Shown: piece after piece, positions 22,885-36,500 of the stretch
Numbering within the stretch: position 1 is the first letter of the stretch
Layout: each line of letters starts with the position of its first letter
NCBI GenBank assembly: GCA_052327205.1
Contig: CM126232.1
Span: 21,948,001 to 22,012,000 of the forward strand
Length of the DNA: 64,000 bases
Direction: 5' to 3'
Source of the DNA: Somniosus microcephalus
Lineage: Eukaryota
Program-made: the position numbers and the translations under genes
The notes under the pieces: model-generated
Databases searched by the model: none
Told to the model about the DNA's origin: nothing
What the model saw: only the letters and a program-made list of their open reading frames with translations

Positions 22885-24478
22885 CAATAATCGATACAGA
22901 CCAAATGCAATTTTTCTGCCTCTCAGTAAAACCGACTTTAAACCGAGGTATTTGCCAACACTGGATCCGCTGGTACTGTATAGTGGGTATTTTGGCACAT
23001 TAAAATATGTTCATTTTAAAAAAGGAAAAAAGGTTAAAAACAGCTGAAAAAATAAAATTATATTTAAAGGCAAAGACGAGGAATGGTACATTAATTTAAA
23101 TTTTGCCATATAATAATAAAACAATCACTCGTCTAATTCTTGCTGCAGAGTTTAACTAGGAGAGCCAGCATTTCACTTGATGCTTTTAGCAAATACGAAT
23201 GAGACACTTGCACGGAAACAGCTTGTATATTTTGTACACCCTCTGAAGGAAATAAAACAGGAAAGCCCAGAATCGACCATTTAGGATAAAACTCACACAT
23301 CTGGGCCTCCCAAGAGTATTGAAAGTCTGCTACATGAATAAAGTTAAGTGTTTAATTACAGAAAACATTCAACGAGTTAAGCGTCGCACACCAACTATAC
23401 CCACTATACAGCATCGGTCGAACACTATTTAAGGGCGGCTGGAACCTCTGGTTATTTGCAGAAAAGAAAGTCAGCTCTCGTATCTCTACTATTCAGAGGG
23501 ACAACAGTACAAAACAGTTTCAGCAGTGCCATTCAACATTCGTATCTCCTGAGGTAACGAGACAAACAATTTCACCTACTTTGGTTGGTAGTCCAGCTTT
23601 GATCCCAAACACTGCAGAAAAAGAAAGTAAAACAGGAAAAAAAAACACAAAAATGTTTTAGATGGGACTGCTGTTTAAACTCATAACCTCCGACATACGA
23701 TTTTTTTCCCTTTTTTTTTTGTATTGTCATAACCATCACATGGCTTGTCAGAACATACTGAGCCTAATAACTGAAAACTCTGTAGATGAACACAATCCGC
23801 AGACAGCAAACTACGCACTGTAAAAAAAAAAATGAACACAAAGTCGCACTGCTTAAATAGTCCATCCAGATTATACTGTTGTAACTTAGTAAGGGCCCGG
23901 TTTTCCCAATTACAGGGGAATTCACCCAATTTTGTTTTTTTTATATATATCATGGCATCGCCCTGTTCTCCTCTTATTAGCAGTGAAGGAGACGCACTAG
24001 ATTTATGAAACCAACGCAGCGAAACCGTTCAGCAAACAGGGCCCTCACACTGCAACAGTGAAACCCTGTTTGATTGGATACATCAGAATGTTATTGTGTC
24101 TTTTCTTACATAGTGAAGGAGTTTGGCGAGGACAGCCTTGCAGCTCATGGGTACACCCTCCCCCCTTTACAGTAGTATCTTTCGGAAAGCTGGACGCACA
24201 CGTATGTGCATGTGTTTTCTAAACAACATCGAGAAGGGTTTTTTTTTTCGTCTATTTGTTCATTCCTATATTGTGGGTTAAATGTAAGGCAGACTTCTGT
24301 CCATCCGTGTCCGTCCATCCATTCAAGGCATTGACTGAACGATTCGCTCACTCACTGGGTCACACATGCAGAAAGACCGTGCACCAAGAACCTGGCCGAA
24401 ACACTACGGTGCCACGTAACTCATGGAAAACAGTTTCGTAGTACTTTCAAGAGTCAGGATATCCAGAATCGGGAGCCC

Positions 24479-24547
24479 TCAGAAGAGATTCTCTTCGAAT
24501 ATTGCCATTAAGTCGCTCTGAAAATTCATGTCAATTGTAGCCGCCAT
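24479..24547 (-). CDS. BRD4: BRD4 last coding exon
   Basis: atttag|[22 protein letters not shown] (TGA at 24479-24481). Confidence 0.97.
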   Translation of the reverse strand: MAATIDMNFQSDLMAIFEENLF

Positions 24548-27500
24548 CTAAATCACAGTAAAAAAAAATGTAAGAAAATGTCCTTCCATGTACCGTTTAC
24601 ACAATTTCATTCTATACTGTTAGTAATTTAAAACTGGAATTTTCCCTGAAATTTCAAATGATGGCGTACACTAATGTGGCATACCACCAAACCCAATTTT
24701 TACTAACCAAAGGTATGTTTTTTTTTAATGGGACAAAGGCGGGTACACGGAGTTAGGTCACAGATCAGCCATGATCTCACTGAATGGCAGAACCGGCTCA
24801 AGGGGCTAAATGGCCTACTCCTGTTCCTGTGTTCATAAATGGCGCGGGATTCGCTCAGAAATTTCAAAGCAGTAATTTCACAATCTGGGGCATCTTGCTT
24901 CTTCGGAGAAGGCCGAACGGGTTGTATACACCAGGTTACTCCGGACTGCTCTCCCAAGCACAACAGAGCCCAATGCAAGAGGTCTGCCTGAGAACAGTGT
25001 GGGATGCATTAAGACCAAGAGAGGGGATTGATTTCATGACCAGAGGCAAAAAGTACATTTTGATAAACAACCACCTGAATAATGACCATTTTCCCCAGAA
25101 TTTTCTTTGCAACAAAACACTACTGACTTCTTCAGAGAATCCTGATGCAGAGAGGATGTTTCCCCTCGTGGGGAAATCTAGAACTAGGGGGCATAAGTTC
25201 AGAATAAGGGGGCACCCATTTAAATCGGAAATGAGGAGGAATTTCTTCCCTCAGAGGGCCGTGAATCTTTGGAATTCTCTTCCCCAGAGAGCTGTGGCGG
25301 CTGGGTCATTGAATATATTTACGGTGGAGATGGACAGATTTTGGAATGGTAAGGGAGATAAAGGTTATGGGGAGCGGGCAGGGAAGTGGAGTTGAGGCCA
25401 AGATCAGATCAGCCATGATCTTATTGAATGGCGGAGCAGGCTCGAGGGGCCCAAACGACCTACTTCTGCCCCTACGTCTTATGTTCTTATGAATCCTTTA
25501 GTCAGCCATGAAACTACTGAAGAATCATTTATTATGAAACAGTCTGAAGTGTCCTGCAGAACTTGATCAGTTCTTCAAAAAAAAACATCCATCCCACCCA
25601 TTTCAATGCACACGACAAGTACAGTCACTGGCAAGCTAGCGTCACTGGTTTGGAATGGAGGCACTATCCCATCCTTATTCAAAGTTAGACCTCCCAGCCG
25701 TTCCCTTATTCTTAGTGACACACCCCTGGCCTATTGTCCATATCACTTTCTAAGTCAAGCCACATCAATGTCTAAATCGGCCATTTAGGACTGAGATGAG
25801 GAGAAATTTCTTCACTCAAAGGGTTGTAAATCTTTAAAATTCCCTACCACAGAGGGCTGTGGAGGCTCAGTCGTTGAGTATATGCAAGACAGAGAGCGAT
25901 AGACTTTTGGATACTTGGTGAATCGAGGGATATGGGGATAGCGTGGGAAGGTGGAGTTGAGGCAGATGATCAGCCATGATCTTATCAAGTGGCGGAGCAG
26001 GCTCGAAGGGCCAAATGGCCTACTCCTGCTCCTATTCCTGATATTCTTATGTAAATCAGGCCCTGTGAGGTGAAAAACAATCAGCATCAACTATGCAGGC
26101 ATTTTTTTCTCCTCCGCACCGTGGAAGCAGCTGGCGATCTATGCTTGTGGTTTGGTGGGATTGGGAGAATATTTCAATGGGACAACGCAGGCGTGAGCTC
26201 CTCCCGCCACACGATTGCTTACTATGCTGCCACGGGTACAGTACAACCTGAAATTTTTAAAAATAACCGCAGCAGGGTTGTCACAATTTTTAAAAATAAG
26301 TTGTGGGAATTTGCTCCACAGCTTGAAGTAAATCGCGTGCGTACTCTCCCCTCTCTCTCTCTTTAGCTACGGTTTTAAAACTAAGCATCTGAGGGGAAAA
26401 TGCATAAATCTGAAGCCACTGCAAGCTTGTGTGAAAATGGAATAAAAGCTTTGTTAAATGCGTGATATAAAGCAATCTGCACTTGTGCTAATTCTGAAGA
26501 ATCATTTCACGCCTTCCTTCACATTCATTTGATGAAAATCAACATGGTTGTTCTGCAGGATTTCATTTTTAATTCGAAGTGCTACCCGAAGATAAATATC
26601 TCAGGCACGGAGCTTGGCTAAGCTGAAGTGCAGATTTTAATCTTCCCCGTTGGTGCATTTTGAGAGAACAATTGTCAGCAGCAGCCAATTAAAAACACAA
26701 ACCTTCAAAGAATTATTTTCATGATCTCCTATAGGTACTGACGCGTCCTAGGATACTATTTCATGGGCGCTGGAAGCCTTCCGTCGCTCTGCTAACTGTG
26801 CGTGACAGATGTGTGGAAATACTTGGGGAGGAGGGCTGGAGGGGGAGGCAGTGCTCAAATGTTCTTGTTTGTATCTGAATACTTTAATAGCAACTTTCAA
26901 AAGGGAATTAGATAAATACCTGAAAAAGAACAAAAATCAAGTCGATGGGGAAAGAGCAGGGGGGAGTGGGCTTAATTGGCTCTTTCAAAGAGCCGGCACA
27001 GGCACGATGGGCCAAATGGCCGCCTTCTGTGTTGTAAGATTCTATGAACTTTTCAGTATATTTCCCCAGTGGCCAACGGTCTAGTCAGTGGCCCAGATTT
27101 TTCTATAGCAGGGCATCTAACGGCAGCTGTCAGCTAGACTTGCCCTTGCACGTTTAGGTTGAAAGGCTATTCGACCACGGAGATGGTGGAAAAGTTGAAC
27201 CCTATCCCGTCCTTACACAATGTCCACATAGGTGCACCTTCCAGGATAGGTCAATGGATAACTATCTGGAACAGGAACTCAGGCTAATTTTTTCCCCTAT
27301 TCTTCCTAGCTCAGGGGCACCCAATCCCAACTGCAGTCGCCCTATTGCCACCCACTCTGAGATTGTTCTCAGTTTGTGCTGATTTAGTCAATCAAATCTG
27401 GCTCTGAGGGATTGGGAGTCCAGCTTGGGATTGGCTCCCATCTGAGAGATGCATTGGGAACTTACCGCTTCCTTCCGCCTTCGCTCCTGCTCTCGCTTCC

Positions 27501-30500
27501 TTGCTAGCTCTCGCTGCTGATCCAGCATAGACTGCGAGGTTGGCTGAGAGCTCTGCTGCTGCTGCTGTTGTTGTTGCTGTTGCTGATGATGTTGCTGCTG
27601 CCTCCTCACCTCCTCATGAGCTCTCCGAGCACACTCCAAAGCATCCTCCTCGTCTCGACCTCTGCAATCAGGAGCAAAGCATGGTCAAAACCAGCAGACT
27701 GGAGGCAGGGCCACGTCTGTTGAATTTTCACTCACTTTAGTCACAACAGTTGTTGTGGACATCAGGTTAACACATACCTGACCAATACTGTAAATACTGG
27801 CCCAGAGTTTGCTGTACCGGGGCATCTAACTGCATCTGCCGTCAGCTAGACCTGCCCTTGCATATTTAGGTTTATAAAGTATTTGCGTAGCAAGTGGCTG
27901 AAAGTGCGAGCTGATAAAGTCGCAGCGAGGGAAACAGGGCATCTGGGACCCGAGTGAACAGGGCAGGCAACTGTGCATCTCCTTAACTAATCAGATTGAA
28001 GGACTGTGACATTTGTCGGGAACAGTAGCATAGTGATTATGTTACTAGACTAGTAATCCAGAGGCCTGGACGATGATCCAGAGGTGCGAGTTCAAATCCC
28101 ACCGTGGCAGCTAGGAAATTTAAATTCAGTTAATTAAATAAATCTGGAATAAAAAGCTAGCATCAGTAATGGTGACCATGAAACTACCAGGTTGTCGTAA
28201 AAACCCACCTGGTTCACTAATGTCCTTTAGGGAAGGAAATCTGCCGTCCTTACCTAGTCTGCCCTACATGCGACTCCAGGCCCACAGCAATGTGGTTGAC
28301 TTTTTCAAGAAGGAGTTGGATATATTTCTTAAGGCTAAAGGGATCAAGGGATACGGAGAGAAGGCAGGAATGGGGTACTGAATTTGGATGATCAGCCATG
28401 ATCTCATTGAATGGTGGAGCAGGCTCGAGGGGCCGAATGGCCTAATCCTGCTCCTATCTTCTATGTTTCTATGTTAACAGTTAAAGAAAGTGTGAATTAG
28501 AGGGTGAATTCAATGTCAAATCAGGTACAGAAAGAGAAATAAAAAAAAGATAGATTGGATTGAGCGAGAAAAAAAGACAGGAAAGAAAAAAAAGTATTAA
28601 TTTAAATTTCACATTTTTAAAATCTCCAACAATTAAAACCTGAAGGAATGAGTCTCCACACTTAGAATATTTAATTCTCAGTGCCAGAGAGGTTGACTGG
28701 CAGTAATTAACACATCACATCATTAAAAAGGCACTGGGACTGGAATAGACAAGACTTAACTTCGTTGCGAGTTTAGTACCACACAAATACAGCAACATCA
28801 CACATTTCAATGTTGAGGCAGACAGCGCAATGCTGATTTCGGGAAACCATCAGCCGAGCGGTGCACTCTGACAGCAACCTTTGGATTTTTGAGTTTAACC
28901 GCGCATCTGCCCCTCACCTGAAGTTGCTGTACATTTGTGCATAAACAGTAGTGAGGGCCATTAGTCTCACCGTTATTTGGGCCAACATATTACAAATCTC
29001 CAGGTGCCTCCTCCTGGTGCACCCTCTGATAAAGGGCAGCAGGACCGTGCCGGGCCTGAAGGGGCAGCACAAGCCATCACAAGTACTTAATAACCCACGG
29101 CAGCAAAGGAAGCTGATGAGGCAGAGATCTTCACCACCACCCCCCTCGATGGCCGCTCCTTGCTGCCCCTCAGCACCACACATGGTTTTCCTCTCTGATC
29201 TGCAAGTCTTCCTGGCAGCACATTGTGCTCAAAATTTCTTGTGCCACCAAGGGCTTGGGCGACAGGTTCAGAAATCATTGGCAATAAGCACACGCAGCCA
29301 AACATAGGCGCTATACGTTAAGGATGTAACCGAGGCAAAACATCGGCTTGATAATTCGAAGAAACTAAAAAGCTAAACTTGCCTTTGCCTCTCCTGCTCC
29401 ATTCGGAGACGCTCTTTTTCTGCCGCCTCCTGTTGCATTTTACGGAACTCCTCCTGTGCTTTCAGTGCCTTTTCTCGTTCCTCTTTCTCTCGCGCCGCTC
29501 GCCTGAACTGCTCAAAGCTGTCACTCGACGATTTTGCCGTGGACGAGGGAGTGGAAGGAGTCTTCTTCACCAGGCTTGCCCAAGAGCCCATGTTCTTGAT
29601 CTTGAGATCCTAAAGCACACATCCACAAAGAATGTAGAACGCCATGGAGGGTACAAGGCACAATGAACTCAAGGACGCTTAACAGGTGCGAGAAACTAAA
29701 AAGGTAGTCAGGGGAAAAACAGGGGTTTGCGTACAATTTAAGGGTACTAAAGAGAAGTAATTTCAAAAACTTAAGTTGCAATTGCGTTTGCAAACTGTTA
29801 TTTTAGAAAAATAACAAATATCAGAAGACGTAACTGTCATAAATTGTGCCATTCATGTAGAAATGACTTACGAAATATACTGGGCGGCCTGCTGGTGGCG
29901 CTGTCCAGGGAGAGTATAAATACTCGGGCACGGGCCCAGCTTGCTCAGGGACATTTTGTAAACAGGAACTAGTGAAGGATAACTAGACTTCCATGTTGTG
30001 AAACAGTCGATTGAAGCCTTGTTTAATACTCTGACCCAGTGCCCAGTAGTTTTCTTACGTCAATAACGACAATTCATTCTTGTATAACTAAGCGTCTTAT
30101 TCATCCAGTTGCATGGACTTGAAAGACCACTGGTCGGGGATGGAGAAGAAACCAAAAAGCAGGGAGACACAGCAGGAAAGTCAACACATTGCAAAAGATA
30201 AATAAAAGCTCCACGGCGATATTAGGAGGTAAAAGCCACCTCGATGCTGCACTGTACAGATCATAAAGTCCCAAGTTCTGGTCTGTGCTGTAAGCTTATC
30301 GGGAGCAGGGACGTTTGGAACAGTGTAATCAGCCTCATAGCCCCTGGGCTGGGAAAGGAAATAAAAAAGCCAGGGATTCCGATTGCTCGTTAGCAAATTC
30401 TGCTCAAAGGTTAGCGGGTGATACTGTCAGGCGAGGACAGAGCTGGGCTCTGCCGTAATGGGCGGAGAGCTCACCAGCCAGGCTCAATGATCAATCAGAC

Positions 30501-33500
30501 ATCACTTGCGTAACGACACTGCAGCAAGAGTCAGTGCCGTCAGGGGCGGAGAGGAGCACAAAAAAAAAGGGAGCATTGGGGAGAAAGAAAGGATAAGGGC
30601 ACACCAGCTAATGCATGACCTCACTCACCTTTTTGGGAGCGACAGGGGTTTTGGGCGTTAGTTGTTTCTGCTTGTCTTTGTCCTGAGGAGAAGGCTGCGT
30701 GCTGTGTTCTGGAGGTCGAATCACTGGCCCAGCAACTTCCATGTGTTTCATCTCTGGTCCTGTAGGAGAAAAGTGCCCAAGATGGTTCAAATTTGTCCTG
30801 CATTTTACTATTTCGAGGATAGAACACGGAGAGACCCAGCAGAACTGGTTTTGGAAGGTAGCTGAAGGAGCATTTTCTGGCTTATCCGAGCACTGCACTA
30901 GAATCCTAACTCAATTTACTGGAAGGGACTTTTATGTTGGGAGGTACGTGAACAGTACAAAAGGCCACAAAGCCCACATGTTCCGAAAGGCCTAAGCCTT
31001 TTATTTTTTAAGTTCCAGATGGGGTAAACCATTTCAGATTAAACTTAAAAAGGCACACAGCTTGGCTGGACCATCGCTGTATCCGATCCACCTCCAATAA
31101 ACGCCTAAACTATAATGTGAGTGAATATATAAAAGGTCTGGAATAGTTAGAACATTGGAGGCCAGTTATAAATCTTGTGTATGCATACATTTGTTGTCGT
31201 ACTTCATCCTGTCACACTTTTTGGTCACGCTTTTATGTCAACATTTAAGTTGCCTTAGAATGGAAATTTTGTACGTGATTTATAAGGATGATACCAGAAC
31301 TGAGAGTTCATACCTATCAGGAAAGATTGAACAGGCTGGAGCTCTTTTCTCTAGAAGAGAGAAGGCTGAGGGGGTAACCTGATAAGAAATCTTTAAGATT
31401 CTGAAAGGGTTTGATAGGGTAGACGTAGAGATGTTTCCACTTGTGGAGGAGATCAAAACTAGGGGCCATAAATAGAAGATAGTCACTAATAAATCCAATA
31501 GGGAATTCAGGAGAAACTCCATTACCCAGAGAGTAGTTAGAAAGTGGAACTTGTTACTACAGGGTGTAGTTGAGGCGAATAGCATAGATGCATTTAAGGG
31601 GAAGCTAGATAAGTACATGAGGAAGAAAGAAATAGGATATGTAGGAGGAGTGGGACTAGCTGAAGTGCTCTTTCAGAGAGCTGGCACGGGCTCGACGGGC
31701 CGAATGGCCTCCTTCTGTGCTATAACCATTCTATGATTCTCTTGGTAGGGTTAGATGAAGAGGGGTGGGAGGAGGCTTGCGTGAAGCATAAACCAGTTTG
31801 GGCCGAATGGCATGTTTCTGTGCTGTACATGCTATGTAAACAGTTGACTGTAACTATGTAGCTGCAGACTTAGGCCAGCAGGCAGCGCTGTGGAGTGAGT
31901 TTACTCGGCATCTTGCATTTAAAATAACCTATCGATCACCGGACCGTGGGCAATGTTGCAGGCGGTTTACCAGGCTCTAGCCAAAAATACCAGACCCACA
32001 ATGTCAGGATTGAAAGGGTTGTGATATACGGTTTGCAGCTGTTTCTGGCCCTGGACAACACATGTCCCTCCAGCTTCATTGTGAAGCAGTTGAAACTGCT
32101 GGTCAGTCATATAGGAAGATACCAGCCTGGAAAAACATTTACAAATGAACCTACACAGATACAGCAGGGCTTCGATTTTTTTTAAATGAGTGTTGACAGT
32201 TTTGGATTACCCAACTCCCTCAGCCACCGGTGGCATGGGGATTGAGAGAAAACAGGCCAAAGTCAAAAACTTTGAAATGCCAAACAGCAATGTGATAAAT
32301 GAGCAGATAATCGGTTTGTGATAGGTCAGGACACTGGGGAGAACTCCCCTACTCTGGGAAGAAAAAAATCTAGCATTTATATAGCGCCTTATCACTGCTG
32401 AAGCTTTGCATGGAGAATGAATTACTTTGAAATGCAGCGACTGCTTTGTTGGAAAACGTGGCAGCTACTTTGCACACAGCAATGTCCCACAAACACCAAT
32501 GAGATGAATGACCATATAATCAAATAAATTATTTGAGGGAAAAACATGAGTTAGGGCAACAGGAATAGGCCACTCAGCCCTTTGAGCCTGTTCCGCCACT
32601 CAATTAGCTCATGGCTGAACTGTATCTTAACTCCATTTACCAGTCTTGGTTCCATATACCGTAATACCTAACAAAAATCTATGAAACTCAGTTTTAAAAT
32701 TTCCAATTGATGTCCAGCCTCAGCAGCTTTTTGGGGGAACAAAGTTCCCGATTTCCACGACCTTGTGTGGAAAAAGTGCTCCCCGACAACACCCCTGAAT
32801 GGCCCAGCTCTAATTTTAAGGTTATGCCCCCTTGTTCTGGAGGAAGATCATAACTAAAGCATCTGAAGAACTCCCTGCTCCTCTGGAGAGTGCCACGTGA
32901 TCTCAAATGTTCATTAATGTGCAAGAACTATGTTGTTTACTTACTGTGCCCAAGATGTGGAGGAGGTTTGCCTCCCTCCCTCTGCTTTGATGGCTCCTGC
33001 CGCATCGAAGGGCTAAACGGCTCATTTCGGATTGCCGGTGAAGAGTGGCTCTTCTCTTCTTTCACGCTCACCATCGGTTGTGATTGCACTATTGAGGGAG
33101 TTCGGGGTTCCTGTAAGACAATACATTTTCCTTAGACCACGGCAATCCAACCCACGTCGATGAGCTGAAAGTCGCCACACTACTGAGCCGTCAGGCCCGT
33201 GAAGTGAATTAGTGCAATCTCAATCTGTTCCTCATGGGCATAAGCCTACAGCACAATGGGTGTCCAGAATGGCACTAATTGGCAGTATCAAACAGCACGG
33301 AACTGATGCTGTGGGAAATTAGGGTGGAGGGGTACCCTCTGAGCAGAACATTAAAAACTGTATAGAGAAAACTTTGCTCTGTATCCTACCAGGTTGTACT
33401 TGACATGGGGTGCTGGACTAGATGCCAAAAGTGAAGTGTTCCATTCCCCAGTTCTAACCTCCCTTACCGTTAATATATATCCAGCCAAACCAAACCCCGA

Positions 33501-36500
33501 ATACAGCATATTTCTGAAAAACGATGGCAGAATCCCTTTCTAATGCTCGCAAGGCAGGGCAGAGAGTTTGCATACAACATCATGCTCCACGCACTGTGCG
33601 CCCAAGTTTCCGATAGGCAAGTTTCTCCCAGGCACAGCACCAGTTAAAAGTGCAAAGCAGGGAGCAAGATTCAGAGGGTAAGTCACGCCGGGCCATCAAA
33701 CTGAGAGCAAAATGGGAGGTGGCCATTTAACGAGGTATATAGAACAGTGGGAGGTCTGGAGGGGTGGGAATTAGAGTTAAAAACATGGATGGGTAGCATA
33801 TACATGTAGTCAAGGCAAGTAAACTGGCAATTTCTGTCAAGTTGAAAGGTACTCTAATTGCTAATGGATAATCTGTAAATTCCTCGTCAGTGAATCTTTT
33901 GTTGTTGCCCAGATACTATATTTACACCCGACATTCTGAACAACATGATGTATGAGAATTTTCAGTTCTTAGCTGATTATTACACATTTAGTTACAATTT
34001 AACGGATAGGTTTAGAAGTTAAGGGTCACGGCCACTCCCGAGAAAGTAAAACCCCAACTCGCTACAGAAAAGTATCTGAATTTTGTCTCTCCACCATCAT
34101 TAGAAGTTTACACAATGATTAAAAGTGCGCAACAAAGTATACAATTAAAAATCCTAACCAGGATAAGTGAGCACATTTTTTTTTAAAAACAGCAAACGGA
34201 CTAGGAATTGACTGCAATTCGATTGTTTCCCTGCAGTCGGACACTTGAACTGTTCCACTCAGCTGCGACTGAAGGCTTCATGAGCACAGAACCGCTTCAG
34301 GGAAAATGCAGCAGATAGCTATAGCAACAGCTCCGAGGGGAGATGGTTCCCAAGTGGCAGCCATTTCAAATCGTGGTAGCCAGGTTGTGTGGGGGATGGG
34401 AAGAGAGGGAGAGGACAGATCGACAAACTGGGTCCATTTTCACCACAGCCAGCCTGTTGAGTTGTACAAGTTGGAAAAGGTCCGGCAAAGCTTTCGCTAA
34501 TGATTATATATACAGGAAACTTTTTTTTTATCCGGCACGGACGGGACCGACGTGGTGCAGGTTCATCAAAAATTCCGGATAGCCGAACGCTATAGTAAAA
34601 GATAGAGCTGAGAGCTCCGTATAAAGCAACAAACCCTGCAGCTTCAGAACAATGGCCACAAGTTGCAAGCGTCTCTGTAGCTTAGCAACAGCTGCAGCCA
34701 CACCCTTGCACAGCAACAAATGGAGGAAGGCAAGTAATAAAAGTTACCTGCACCTACTCCTGAATTTTGCCGGTTAACTGAGATTTCCGGTTATTTAGGT
34801 GCCGGTAAATCGAAAGTTTCCTGTAATGTGATCACTGCTGTACCCGACACTCACAATGTACCAGTGTTAATAGATCCTTCACAAAACAATGCTTCATAAA
34901 GGCTCCCCCAATGCTTCAGCTGGTTAGGGCAAAAAAAATAGGTGAACCGTACAAACCCCAGGTTTGATCCAGAGTCTGTGCTGATCTCAGCGGGGGCAGT
35001 GGCAGGGGAATAAGACTGGCTCGGGTTCCTGCTCCTAATCACTATCCAGTGAATCCTGCCGAGAGTGCGCGTACGCGGTCGGGTCAGAACATGATCTAGG
35101 CTCCGGTGCAATGTTTCCCGTGGTTGAATTGTCTGGCAATGTTCACTTGTCTAGGCACACATGATTTGAACTGGGTGCATTATTCCCCACCTCCTGCATC
35201 CATTAAAATGCATCTATGCACCAGGGGGGGGAGGGGGGAGGGAAAGAGGGGGGAGAAGGTTGGGAAAAATAAAATGCTTTCAAAAATAATGATGCACTTA
35301 CCAGACACGCGAGTAGAATGGACTATACGCTGCGCCCTGTTGCATTGTACTAAAGTCACAAATACCAATTTTGTTTACCTGTTTCTTAGTCTGTACAGTT
35401 CTTGGTGGTGACTGGACGAGCGATGGAAATTGTGGCAGCGGTGGGGAATGCATCAAGAGTGGGGAGGACACATCTGCCATATGAGCTGAGGGGGGAAAAA
35501 AGGATCAAAAATCAAAACACAGTCAAAAACAATTTTCCATTGAAACAATCAGTGCGCGTGAATTTTGACTCAATTCTCTCTGGATTACAGGTGAGGTTTG
35601 TGCATGGTGGGTACGTTTTCTGCTGTATTTATTCTTTATATGTGCAAGAAATCTACAGCAGGATGGACAGCTTGCAACCAGTCATTTTTACAATAGAATA
35701 AGCCCTATTTTCACACACAAACATTGATAGCACCAACGTTCCCGCTAAGCTGCCAGGCCCGGGGCTGGCTTTTCAAACTTGAAATTTCACGCATGCACCA
35801 GGCTTTGAATGGGCCATGCAGCAGCCCCTTAAAGGGCCCGCGCACCCCCCCAAAAACATTAGGGGGGGGGGCGGGGGGACACTGGGTAGCACACCCCACT
35901 TCAAGGAAACTCTGTTTCTATCTCCATAGATGCTGCCTGGCCTGCTGAGCATTTACAGCATTTTCTGATTATATTTCAAGGAATCATCGTACGGTTCAAT
36001 GAATCATCGAGCAGAGGCGGCCATTTGGCCCATCGTGCCAGCTCTTTGGAAGAGCTATCCAGTTAGTTCCACTCGCCCTGCTCTTTCCCCACGGCCCTGA
36101 ATTTTTTTTCCTTTTCTAGTATTTATCTCATTCCCTTTTGAAAGTTGCTATTGATGTATTCAGATATACAAACAAGAAAATTTGAAGAGATGCCTCCCCT
36201 CCAGCCCTCCTCCCAAGTATTTCCACACATCCGTCACGCACAATTGGCAGAGTGAGGGAAGGGTTTTGTAAGACTCCTTACCTGTGGAGTAGGGGTCAGG
36301 CTTTGGCTGTCGTGGCGAGTGGTGATGCTGGATGACTTGCTGGGGTTTCGCCTGCTGGGGAGGCTGGTGCTGCGGTTGCTGTGGCTGGGGTTGCTGAATA
36401 TGGGATGGAAACTGCATAGACTGCATGTGGAGCGGCCTTGGTTGATGTTGCTGCTGCTGATGTTGCTGCTGCACCTGCTGCTGGGGTAGAGCTTGAGGCT

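Noticed and set aside
24784-25395. 203-aa plus-strand ORF
   Set aside because: Chimeric: it starts in one CR1 tail and ends in another CR1 ORF2 C-terminus, antisense within the last BRD4 intron.
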